64,000 nt of DNA from Eledone cirrhosa (taxonomy: Eukaryota). The stretch spans positions 289,044,001 through 289,108,000 of the forward strand of contig OZ024742.1 of the NCBI GenBank assembly GCA_964016885.1, read 5' to 3'. Position numbers and translations under genes: made by a program. The notes beneath the pieces are model-generated. The model saw only the letters and a list, made by a program, of their open reading frames with translations. It made no database searches and had not been told where the DNA came from. Of this stretch, positions 35,201 to 44,715 are shown in pieces (positions within the stretch are counted from its first letter, which is position 1; each line of letters starts with the position of its first letter).

Positions 35201-37279
35201 TTACCGTACTTTTCGTAGAGGAAAGATGGTTTCTCCATCCCTTTTCACTTGATCGTCTGGTAAAGGGACCGTTGAATCGTCCCTTCGGCTGGTCGTCGGC
35301 TCTTCTATGAGTATGTCCGAATATACTCTCCGGTTGAGAGTCCCTCCTAGGTCTCTGAAATCACCAACTGCGTTGGGGAATTTCGTTTTAATGTTTGTGT
35401 ATTGTTTCTGTGCTATTTTTAGCAGTCTTATGTTCGTTGGCGTTTTGATTGGTGCTGGTATTATGTAGTCGTGCTGTGAAATGTCTGTGTGTTCAATTAT
35501 GTAAGTCATTAGTTTCTTGTTGTGTGTATTTATTGCCGTGCATTTGTTTTTCTGGGGGTGGGGTGTGGTTCTGCTATTTTCTTGTCGTTGTTGCTGGGTG
35601 TGTGTGTTTTGTTGTTGTGTTTGCGATGTTGGTGCTTGTGGTGGTGGTGTTGAAGGTGTTGTTGTTGTTGGTGGTGGGGTTGTCGGCGGTGGTGATGGTG
35701 GTGCTAGTGTGAGTGGTGATGGTGTTGGTGGTGTTGCTGCTGTGAGTCTCTTTGCAGTAGCCTTTACCCTTTTTTCATTTCTTTCCTCCCTTTTCGAAGG
35801 CGACGATGCGCTGCTTCTGTGTTTGTGCCTTCTTACGACCTTTTGCCATGCCTCTCCCACCTCACACTCCATGTCTGATTCTGTGAGGTCGGGGAGGGGT
35901 ACCAGCTCCACTCTTTCACTTGTTGTTGTTGGTGATGTTTGCAGTGGAGTCTCTGTTGCAGCTGCATTTGGTATTACTGTTGTTGTTTTTAATACTGCTG
36001 CTGCTGTTCTTGATTTCCGTGGCGTGGGTATGGGTGCCACGGACCTATCGTTCCTGGTTGCCGCTTGTCCTGTTGCTGGTAGCCGTGGAGCCGGTTTCGG
36101 AAGGAGGGGGGTTTTCTCGTTGCAGAAGGCCCTGAGGTGAGTCTTCGATCCACAGCGAAAGCATTTCGGGCGTTTGCCCTCAACACTTATGGGCAGTTGA
36201 GTGCCGTTATCGAAGTCTATCACATCCGGGATAGCTTCGATGCACTCCTGGTTGGTTTGGATTAACATCTCAATGGAGGTGCCGACCCAATCTTCTCTTA
36301 CCTTTTTCTGTACTTGCAGTACAGTTGTTTTGTCCTCGATTCCGACGAGGACAGACGCGGCCAGCCAAGAAGGGGCCATCCCGGGGGGCAGTTTGACCCT
36401 CACAATTTTTTGCCCGCAGTAGGAGCGCACCAACACCATTTCCTCGCTCCTTAGGGTCACTAAGGATTGAGCCTTTGCTTCCTGGGGTGTGGCAAAAAGC
36501 ACGTCTACAGTGGCATATTTCTTGCCTCGGGTGATGTGCGTTTTCCGCTGCCACACAGACCCTAAGGCTTTTTGTATTTGAGCCTCTGTGGCTCTTTCAA
36601 CCCTACGGGATTTTGTGCTTACTGTACGGTACGTGACCGTACACTGCTGTTGGGTTTCGAAAAATTTTTCGGCTGCCTTGCAGATTGCTCGGTGTCCGGT
36701 TTTCGTCACCATCTTCTTCGCTTCCTCTAATTCCTCATTTGTTATGAGGATAGTTTCCAGGTTCTTTGCGATACCTGCAAACGAGATTGGTTTTTCTTTG
36801 CTGCTGTTGTTGTTGTCGTCAGAGCTGCTGTTACTTTTGTTGTTGCTGCAGGTACTACGACTACTGGCGCCACCGCTGTTGCTGTGGTTGTTGTTGTTGT
36901 TGTTGCTGCTGCTGCTGTTGTTGTTGCTGTTGCTGCTAATGCTGTTGTTGTTTATGCTGCTGCTGATGCTGTTGCGGCTGCTACTGTTGTTTTCCTTGTC
37001 ACTGTTGCTGCTGCTGCTGTTATTACGGCTGCTACTGCTATTATTCATGACGTCAGACGAATGAAATGGGTTTTCGTATTTCCCGCACACCTTTTTCGTC
37101 GTTGTCGTCGTCGTCGTGGAGAAATGTTGCACGCTTTGTACGTGATTTTTCTTTGCTGGCGTCGCTTGCGAAAGAGAAGGGAGGGAGAGAGACAATCTTC
37201 TCTCTGCTGTAGTGACGATTGAGGAAGAAGAAGACGGAATGAGTGGGAGTGACCTATGAAAATTCTTTTTCGTAGCCAT
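35201..37279 (-). CDS. Tx1 ORF1 (gag-like nucleic-acid-binding protein, zinc knuckle, long N/S and P/T low-complexity tracts)
   Basis: Uninterrupted ORF from ATG at 37279 (MATKKNF) with CFRCGSKTHLRAFC, lying directly upstream of ORF2. Confidence 0.8.
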   Translation of the reverse strand: MATKKNFHRSLPLIPSSSSSIVTTAERRLSLSLPSLSQATPAKKNHVQSVQHFSTTTTTTTKKVCGKYENPFHSSDVMNNSSSSRNNSSSSNSDKENNSSSRNSISSSINNNSISSNSNNNSSSSNNNNNNHSNSGGASSRSTCSNNKSNSSSDDNNNSSKEKPISFAGIAKNLETILITNEELEEAKKMVTKTGHRAICKAAEKFFETQQQCTVTYRTVSTKSRRVERATEAQIQKALGSVWQRKTHITRGKKYATVDVLFATPQEAKAQSLVTLRSEEMVLVRSYCGQKIVRVKLPPGMAPSWLAASVLVGIEDKTTVLQVQKKVREDWVGTSIEMLIQTNQECIEAIPDVIDFDNGTQLPISVEGKRPKCFRCGSKTHLRAFCNEKTPLLPKPAPRLPATGQAATRNDRSVAPIPTPRKSRTAAAVLKTTTVIPNAAATETPLQTSPTTTSERVELVPLPDLTESDMECEVGEAWQKVVRRHKHRSSASSPSKREERNEKRVKATAKRLTAATPPTPSPLTLAPPSPPPTTPPPTTTTPSTPPPQAPTSQTQQQNTHTQQQRQENSRTTPHPQKNKCTAINTHNKKLMTYIIEHTDISQHDYIIPAPIKTPTNIRLLKIAQKQYTNIKTKFPNAVGDFRDLGGTLNRRVYSDILIEEPTTSRRDDSTVPLPDDQVKRDGETIFPLRKVR

Positions 37280-37488
37280 GTTTTTTTTGTTTAAAATAAA
37301 TATTGGGCACAAAACCCCCAATAAGCGGTTATTTAACCCCGAAGGGCCAAATAACGGGCAGAAAGACCCCTCTCACGAGGAGGAGGGTGTTTTTGTCTAC
37401 AATTTGATTAAAGTTTTAAACAATTTACAATTGTTATAGCGGTCAAAATTTACAATACCTTACAGAGCCGAGCCTCCGTCAACCATTC

Positions 37489-37536
<48 letters not shown>
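37489..37536. repeat. (AAT)n microsatellite at the Tx1 5' junction
   Basis: Seen directly in the sequence. Confidence 0.95.
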
Positions 37537-38786
37537 TGTGATGTGTATAACACTATTGTTGTGGTATATATCCTATCGCAAATACTGTGATATATATATA
37601 TGATATCGGTGATATTGTAACATGTATGATAACACTACTATTGTGATATATATGGTATCACTAATCATATTCTATGCATGATATCTCATCTACTGTGATA
37701 TGATATCACTAATACTGTGATATGCGTGATATTAATAATATTATGACAGCACTATGATTGTTATAGAATGAGTGTATAATGAAAACCAAATAGTCTAAAA
37801 CAATCAATTTAATGTTTGTTAAAATGTTTGCAAAAATCGAAAAAAATGAATCAATAGACAATGGAGGGATTTAGTGAGCTGGAATTTGGGATTAATTATA
37901 TGGCGATTATTGATTATAAATGAGAGAAAATCAATGGGATAGAATCACCAAATAAAGAACTTATATACTTTATATATATATGTAATGTGTGTGTATATAT
38001 ATATATTACATACAACCACACACACACACATACACACATATATATATATGCTATATATATATTACACACACACACACATATATATATATGTATATATATA
38101 TACATATATATATATACAAAGACAAGAAAAACTCATCAGTGCTTGTCAACATGCTAAACTAGAAAAAATGGTGGGTTACTAGTAAACATCAAGGTGAAAA
38201 TCCTATCTTCACACAGAACCAACGCAATGCTCAAACAGATTAAGGAAAACTCCCACACAACAAAAGATAAACCTACCCTAAGTAGAAGGCAAGAATAGAA
38301 CAGTAACTCCCTAACTGATGGACAAGGGGGGAAAATAATATAACACGTAAGAATGGACGCACAGACAGACAGAGGGACAAATGTAGAGATGCAAAAGAAT
38401 ACATACGTATTAACATACACCTGCATATAGATAAGTAAAGGTACACAAACACACACGCGAAAAATGGTGGGAAATTTACACAAATACAAATATACAATAT
38501 GTGCAGATAAAAATAAACACACAGACACAACATTGGGGAAGAAACAAGATATAAAAACACACATACGCGTGCACACACACACACACACACACGTGTGTGT
38601 ACATATGTATGTGTGTGTGTGTCGCAATGTCCGTAGGTGTGAAAAAGGAAAACAGTGCTCAATTGTGAAGAGAGTTGAAATATTATTTTATTTATTTATA
38701 TTCATACACGGAACAAAAGCGCTACTCAAGGTTTAAAGGTCCACTGTTGACCATATCTAATACACGAATATATATATAATAATAAT

Positions 38787-39180
38787 AATTGTTTCTATTT
38801 TTTGGCACAAGGCCAGCAATTACCCAGTACATTACTGATACTTTATTTTATCGACCCCGTAAGGATGAAAGGCAAAGTTAACCTCGGCGAGATTTGAACT
38901 CAGATCATAAAGGGACGTAACTCTATGCTTCAAAGCATGGTGTCCGACTCTCTACCGATACTGTCAATCCACTGTAATAATGGTTTCTTATATAGGCACA
39001 AGGCCAGTAATTTGGGCGGAAGGGAAAGTCGATTAAATCAATCCCAGTACGTTACTGGCACTTTATCGACCCCGTAAGGATGAAAAGCAAAGTTATCCTC
39101 GGTAGGATTTGAACTCAGACCGTAAAGGGCAATAACTCTATGCTGAAAAGCATGGTATCCGACTCTCTACAGATACTGCC
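38787..39180 (-). mobile_element. Two tandem copies of tRNA-derived SINE family B
   Basis: Each copy has GAGTTCAAAT (B box) followed by CCGAGGTTAACTTTGCCTTTCATCCTTACGGGGTCGATAAA...GCTGGCCTTGTGCC on the minus strand, matching the 56978 copy. Confidence 0.85.
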
Positions 39181-39230
39181 AATTATAATAATAGTAAACA
39201 AAAGACAGTTACTTTAGTCCATCCATATAT

Positions 39231-39289
39231 ATTTTATTATACGTATTTCGAAGATGTATGGCTTAAAACTTGTTCTCTTCAGATAAAAT
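39231..39289 (-). ncRNA. Type-I hammerhead ribozyme motif in the inverted pLTR of PLE-1
   Basis: ATTTTAT-CTGAAGA-GAA[20 nt]TTC-GAAA-TACGTA-TA^ATAAAAT: 7-bp stem I, canonical core, 3-bp stem II base, palindromic stem III. Confidence 0.8.
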
Positions 39290-40142
39290 CCACGGGAGAT
39301 GTAGATATAATTTGATATGCGGGCGGTCAGACGAGCATATGTCTGGAAAAGACCTCGACACAGAAGATATGAGTGGGAAAAAATATTACAGTTGGTGTTA
39401 GCGCTTTTGAACTGGCTAATGTATGAGGTTACCGGATATGTCAAATAAATCGAAAGAAAACAAGTATGAACCGTTAGTCTATTTATTTATCACTTAGGTT
39501 ACATTAAATTAGATACTAAATCGAAATTATAATTATTAGTTAGTCTTTTCTTCAACGCACTAGATAAATGTTTTCTTAGATCACATGCATACAGTAAAAT
39601 ATTTAATCGACACAATTAAACTTTCCTACTCGACTACTAAAAATATTGCCCAAATTATAGCAAAAATTAACAATAAAAATCTGGGAATTAAACATAGGGA
39701 AATAACTCACAATTGTAAACATAAAATCACTAATAGAATAAACAACATCTCGTATAGCAGTGATAATTCCATTAACATAGATGAGAGAAACCTACCGGCA
39801 TACAAACACAGAGAGAACATTTTGAATAGTAACGGAAATAATTGTAATTGTAAAAATCGTAATTTTTTCCAAACAAATAATAATTGTCTTGATCGTAATT
39901 TAGTTTATGAATGCATAGTTAAAACAAATAATAAGTCTTATTGGTTCAACTTCTTCTAAATTTAAAGAAAGGTGGTATAACCATCGCCACTCGTTTAAAA
40001 GAAAAGATAAAAAATTTAACACGGCCCTCTCAGAATTGATTTGGACATTTCAAAATAATAATATTGAATATCCCCTTTCCTGGCAGAAACTTTCTCGTGC
40101 TTTTCCTTTTCCTCATGAAAATGCATCTATATCTAAAGGGCG

Positions 40143-42811
40143 TTTAGCAGTATTAGTTATAGAGTAGTCGTCACTTTAACAGGGTAGATGATTGAAGTAG
40201 TCGTAGTCAGTGTGGTAAGTGATAGTATCCTCGTTGGATTATCTTGTTGACATAGACGTGAGGGAAGGTCCCTCGATCTATTTACCATCTATTTACAATA
40301 TTCCTTTCGTCAGGTCGCCAATTCCAGCAGCATGGATTATAGATGTTATTGAGACACGAGTAACATAATAATGATTTCAACAGCAGTAATTAGAGATGAA
40401 ATGTATGTTTATTTTTGATGTAGTACGAACAATGTTTGTTAACTTATATGGTTGAAGTTACAGATAAAAAGAGGTTACAAAAGGGAATGTGCCATTGCGC
40501 CGTTAAGCCGGCGAGGCTAGGGTGCAAATCTCACCGTTACATTATGCGTGTTGCTGGCTTGAAGTTTCCGGTACAAGAGAGAGATTCTTCAAATCTTCGC
40601 GGGGAATTTCTTCCTCAGGGCGCGTAGGGATACATCCTCTTCTACTGGCGCTGATTGGCTGGACTGAGCCAAATCACGCACAGAGAATGTATGTCACTAC
40701 ATCACCTCCGACCAGATTTTCAGCCGAAAATCGATAACGAAGAAACCAAGGACCCACATATTATTGAATCAGCAAGAACAAATGCTGAAAGAGCACATCA
40801 GTGAAAAAATAATTGAGCAGAAAGATTCATGCAAGAACAAAAAAAAATTAGGCGCGACGGGCCGTGTTGAGCCGCTGTCAAATGATTAGCTGTTTTGTAG
40901 TTTAAACGAGACCCTCAAGGGCCTACCAGAAAACAGATAAAGTCTGACATGGGCGAAGCTGCTGTTCTTGCATTAAATGTTAATGGTAAGCGTTGTACCA
41001 GTAGCTGTGAACGAAGCTATTATGGTAGTTTACCAGTGCTGGCGAGAAAATGATGGCCCCCAGATGTATTGTCGAATGTGCTGTGGAGCCAGGAAAAAAT
41101 GGCTGGTTGCTTTGTAAAGAAAAAAAAAAAACAAGTTTAATCTGTAGGTGGGTTGCAGTGTAAATTCCATAATTCGGGCGAATCCACAGAAGTGGCCGAA
41201 ATGCTGACAAGTCCAGTTCAATTTGTTGCTTTCCCAGCGAGTCGGGCAATAACAACAAGACGGATGGCCGTCATGGACGATCAGTGTGCAACTAGATGCG
41301 AAGCTGTTTGAGTTCAGCTGCAATTAGTATTCTCGTGTTGCGGTGCCTGTTTGAATCCAGTGGATTAAGCTCTGTGACAGCATCTCAACCAGGTGAAAAG
41401 GGACTCGCAGAATATTACGTTTGAAGAACATATACCAAGAACAACATGTTGGTGTGTGATAAAAAAAATGTGTGCATATGCAGGCATGTAATACAGCAAA
41501 GAATGTGAATGAACAAAAACCATTAGCAAGCAAATAGCAAAAGAGCACAAAACAAGTAAATGCATTCTACAAAGAAATATGTGAATGTAAGAAACTGATA
41601 ATTCAAAGTCAATCTAAGGGAGCAGAGAAATTGCCCAATAAGTTCAAAGTTTTTCAAAGTCAAATAGTTCACACATCACCAGTGTACAGACACTAGTTCT
41701 ATCTGAAAACTGAAAAAGAAGTTTGTTAATGCCGTTAAGGGTTAGATGTATGGTGTTTTTGTGAGTTTTCGTGGCCATTTTACCGTCCCGCCACACGGTT
41801 GTGTTGCTTATTGTTAAAGCAAAGTCAAAGAATCTTCTGTAGAGTAGCAGTCACCAACATGGCAGCCACGTCTGACGCCATAATGGTGAGAAAACTACTG
41901 TCTCAATTTCTCGCGTCCCTGTGGTAACGAGACAGAAGGTATGGTGGTTGCGTCGGTAAAGTTACAAGCCGTTTTGAAATTTCCGATGTGTGGTGGTTTG
42001 CGTCGGTAAGGCTATGAAGCTGCCACTCACTGTTCCCTGTATTGGTCAGTGGTTAAACAACGCTGTCGCTGCTGCTGTCGTTGTTGTTGTCAAGTGTAGC
42101 AAAAAGTTTTTGAAATACTACTAATTTTTCAAAAAAAACTTTGAAAGGAATATATTGTATCTTCGCAAATTGCGAAAAAGGCCGGCAACGTGGCAATAAA
42201 AGTTCAACTGAATGAAAAAGAAGGGCTGCGTTAAATTCTTACGTCGGTCACCACTTTAGCAGTATTGGTTATAGAGTAGTCGCCACTTTAACAGGGTAGA
42301 TGATTGAAGTAGTCGTAGTCAGTGTGGTAAGTGATAGTATCCTCGTTGGATTATCTTGTTGACATAGACGTGAGGGAAGGTCCCTCGATCTATTTACCAT
42401 CTATTTACAATATTCCTTTCATCAGGTCGCCAATTCCAGCAGCATGGATTATAGATGTTATTGAGACACGAGTAACAATAATGATTTCAACAGCAGTAAT
42501 TAGAGATGAAATGTATGTTTATTTTTGATGTAGTACGAACAATGTTTGTTAACTTATATGGTTGAAGTTACAGATAAAAAGAGGTTACAAAAGGGAATGT
42601 GCCATTGCGCCGTTAAGCCGGCGAGGCTAGGGTGCAAATCTCACCGTTACATTATGCGTGTTGCTGGCTTGAAGTTTCCGGTACAAGAGAGAGATTCTTC
42701 AAATCTTCGCGGGGAATTTCTTCCTCAGGGCGCGTAGGGATACATCCTCTTCTACTGGCGCTGATTGGCTGAACTGAGCTAAATCACGCACAGAGAATGT
42801 ATGTCACTACA
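40143..42811 (-). mobile_element. Non-autonomous LTR retroelement: LTRs 42255-42811 (5') and 40143-40701 (3'), ~1.55-kb internal region with no recognisable ORF
   Basis: Near-identical ~557-bp direct repeats starting TGTAGTGAC on the minus strand. PBS TGGTGACCGACGT at 42241-42253. 4-bp TSD GGCG (40139-42)/GGTG (42812-15). Confidence 0.88.
42241..42253 (-). promoter_or_regulatory. Primer binding site, tRNA-Trp-like
   Basis: TGGTGACCGACGT lies 1 nt after the 5' LTR. The complement of the animal tRNA-Trp 3' end is TGGTGACCCCGACGT (from memory). Confidence 0.7.
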
Positions 42812-43530
42812 GGTGTAACCTCTGTACCACAGAGATTCTTCACATCATAGACAAGAGACAAACAATTATAAATAAACGTTCTGAAATCTTTAATCTTGGC
42901 TTCACAAATTCGGCAAAATGTTTAATAAGTAATATAATATTTCTTCATTATAAATTTAACATCTATTTTAAAATTTAAATAGTATCTACGTGAATTAATT
43001 CTAACATAACATGATAAATTAGGCTATAATACATACATCTTTTCCTTTGAACTATTTTTTTAATCCGCTAACATGATACCCTAGAAAGTTCTAAAAAATA
43101 GCAACGCCAATTGTTAAATGTTTTTTTTTTCCACTCATATATATCTACTAAAATAAAACTGTAAATATAAACAAAGATAAATTGACTACGAAATTAGTAA
43201 TTTAAATTTTTCTTTATTATATAGTTACATTATAATTTTAGCATCTTTGAATACATTTTTAAATTTCTACGATTCGATTCAGCATCTAATTTAATGTAAC
43301 CTAAGTGATAAATAAATAGACTAACGGTCCATACTTGTTTTCTTTTGATTTATTTGACCAATCCGGTAACCCATACTTTAGCCAGTTCAAAAACGCCAAC
43401 ACTGACTGTAATATTTTTCCCTCTCATACCTTCTGTGTCGAGGTCTTTTCCAGACATATGCTCGCCGGTCACCGATCTGAATAGCTCGTCTGACCGCCCG
43501 CATATCAAATGATATCTATATCTCCTGTGG

Positions 43531-43605
43531 ATTTTATCTGAAGAGAACATATTTTGACTAATTTTATACCTAAGCCATACATCTTCGAAATACGTATAAT
43601 AAAAT
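43531..43605 (+). ncRNA. Type-I hammerhead ribozyme motif in the 3' pLTR of PLE-1
   Basis: ATTTTAT-CTGAAGA-GAA[36 nt]TTC-GAAA-TACGTA-TA^ATAAAAT. Confidence 0.8.
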
Positions 43606-43657
43606 AAATAGGGATGGACTAAAGTAACTGTCTTTTGTTTATTATTATTATGACAAA

Positions 43658-43743
43658 ACTCCAGATAAACATATATCGTTGAGTGTTTGACATTTGTTCT
43701 ATAAAAGTCAGCTGATTCTAAATCAACTAACTCTCTTTAATTG

Positions 43744-43803
<60 letters not shown>

Positions 43804-43822
43804 TACATACATATATATATAT

Positions 43823-43900
<78 letters not shown>

Positions 43901-43934
43901 ATATATATATATATATATATATGTATGTATATAT

Positions 43935-43968
<34 letters not shown>

Positions 43969-44054
43969 TCAATTAAAGAGAGTTAGTTGATTTAGAATCA
44001 GCTTACTTTTATAGAACACATGTCAAACACTCAACGATATATGTTTATCTGGAG

Positions 44055-44055
<1 letters not shown>
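43658..44055. repeat. ~400-bp near-perfect palindrome: ~90-bp unique arms around a symmetric (CA)n/(TA)n/(TG)n centre
   Basis: ACTCCAGATAAACATATATCGTTGAGTG...CTCTTTAATTGAACAC is the reverse complement of GTGTTCAATTAAAGAG...CACTCAACGATATATGTTTATCTGGAGT. Confidence 0.9.
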
Positions 44056-44134
<79 letters not shown>

Positions 44135-44135
44135 T

Positions 44136-44174
<39 letters not shown>

Positions 44175-44288
44175 CGTTTGTATATGTATAATAAAGCCAA
44201 AACAATGCAGGTATGGACATAGAATAAAGAATGCAAATGCAAAAGATATTGTTGACAATTAGTCTTTTACCTTAGATTTATTTAAATG

Positions 44289-44325
44289 TCCTTAATTTTC
44301 GAGATAATATCTCTTCTTCGGAGGA
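44289..44325 (-). ncRNA. Minimal type-I hammerhead motif (U4C core variant) in the PLE-2 3' pLTR
   Basis: TCCT-CCGAAGA-A-GAGATATTATCTC-GAAA-AT-TA^AGGA: 4-bp stem I, stem II GAGAT/ATCTC, palindromic AATT stem III. Confidence 0.65.
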
Positions 44326-44715
44326 AAGTAAAGCGGTTAAACCAGTGTTCTAAATAGCTTGCCAAGTCATGCTGACAGGAAATGGTATAGAGTAGCTGTT
44401 CTATCTCTAATGTCAAAGAGTTAAGGTTAGGTGGATAAAGAGTAGTCTCCCTTTAAAAGGTTTTTTTTTTTTTGTACATCCCTGTTTAAGAGTGTGGGAG
44501 GATGCATGAAGGTGTAAGTATGTGAGTGTGTGTGTGTGAGTGTGAGAAGATATGTCTATACGTAAATGTGGGGGATAGATGTTATCTCGTGTTAGAACTG
44601 GTCTTTGTGTGTGTATGTGTGTGTGAGAGAGAATAAGTGGAGGTGTAAGTGTGAGTGTGTGTGTGTGTGTGTGTGTGCGTGTGGGGTCTGTGTAAATATC
44701 GGGCTAGAAGCTCTA

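Larger units (their letters stand above)
31644..37488 (-). mobile_element. Near full-length Tx1/L1-clade non-LTR retrotransposon
   Basis: ORF1 with a CCHC knuckle, ORF2 with APE, RT and C-terminal CCHC, AATAAA at 31651-31656 (minus), (TTC)n at the 3' flank and (ATT)n at the 5' flank. Confidence 0.93.
39185..43650 (+). mobile_element. 5'-truncated Penelope-like element (PLE-1): inverted 5' pLTR, decayed GIY-YIG, 3' pLTR, interrupted by an LTR element
   Basis: 39185-39525 is an inverted copy of 43272-43650. The GIY-YIG remnant CNCKNR..NCLDRNLVYECIV, FKERWYNHRHSF..TALSELIW continues after the insertion as CNLCTTE..INKRSEIF (42813). Both pLTRs contain a hammerhead motif. Confidence 0.8.

Noticed and set aside
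37540-38780. Host exons in the AT-rich, microsatellite-rich interval (also 48520-49060, 52700-53320, 59000-59500)
   Set aside because: Only short low-complexity ORFs with no recognisable motifs. Small exons cannot be excluded without RNA data.
40436-42737. Duplicated 63-aa ORF (MLTYMVEV...)
   Set aside because: It is identical only because it lies in the two LTRs. It has a TTG start and no recognisable domain.
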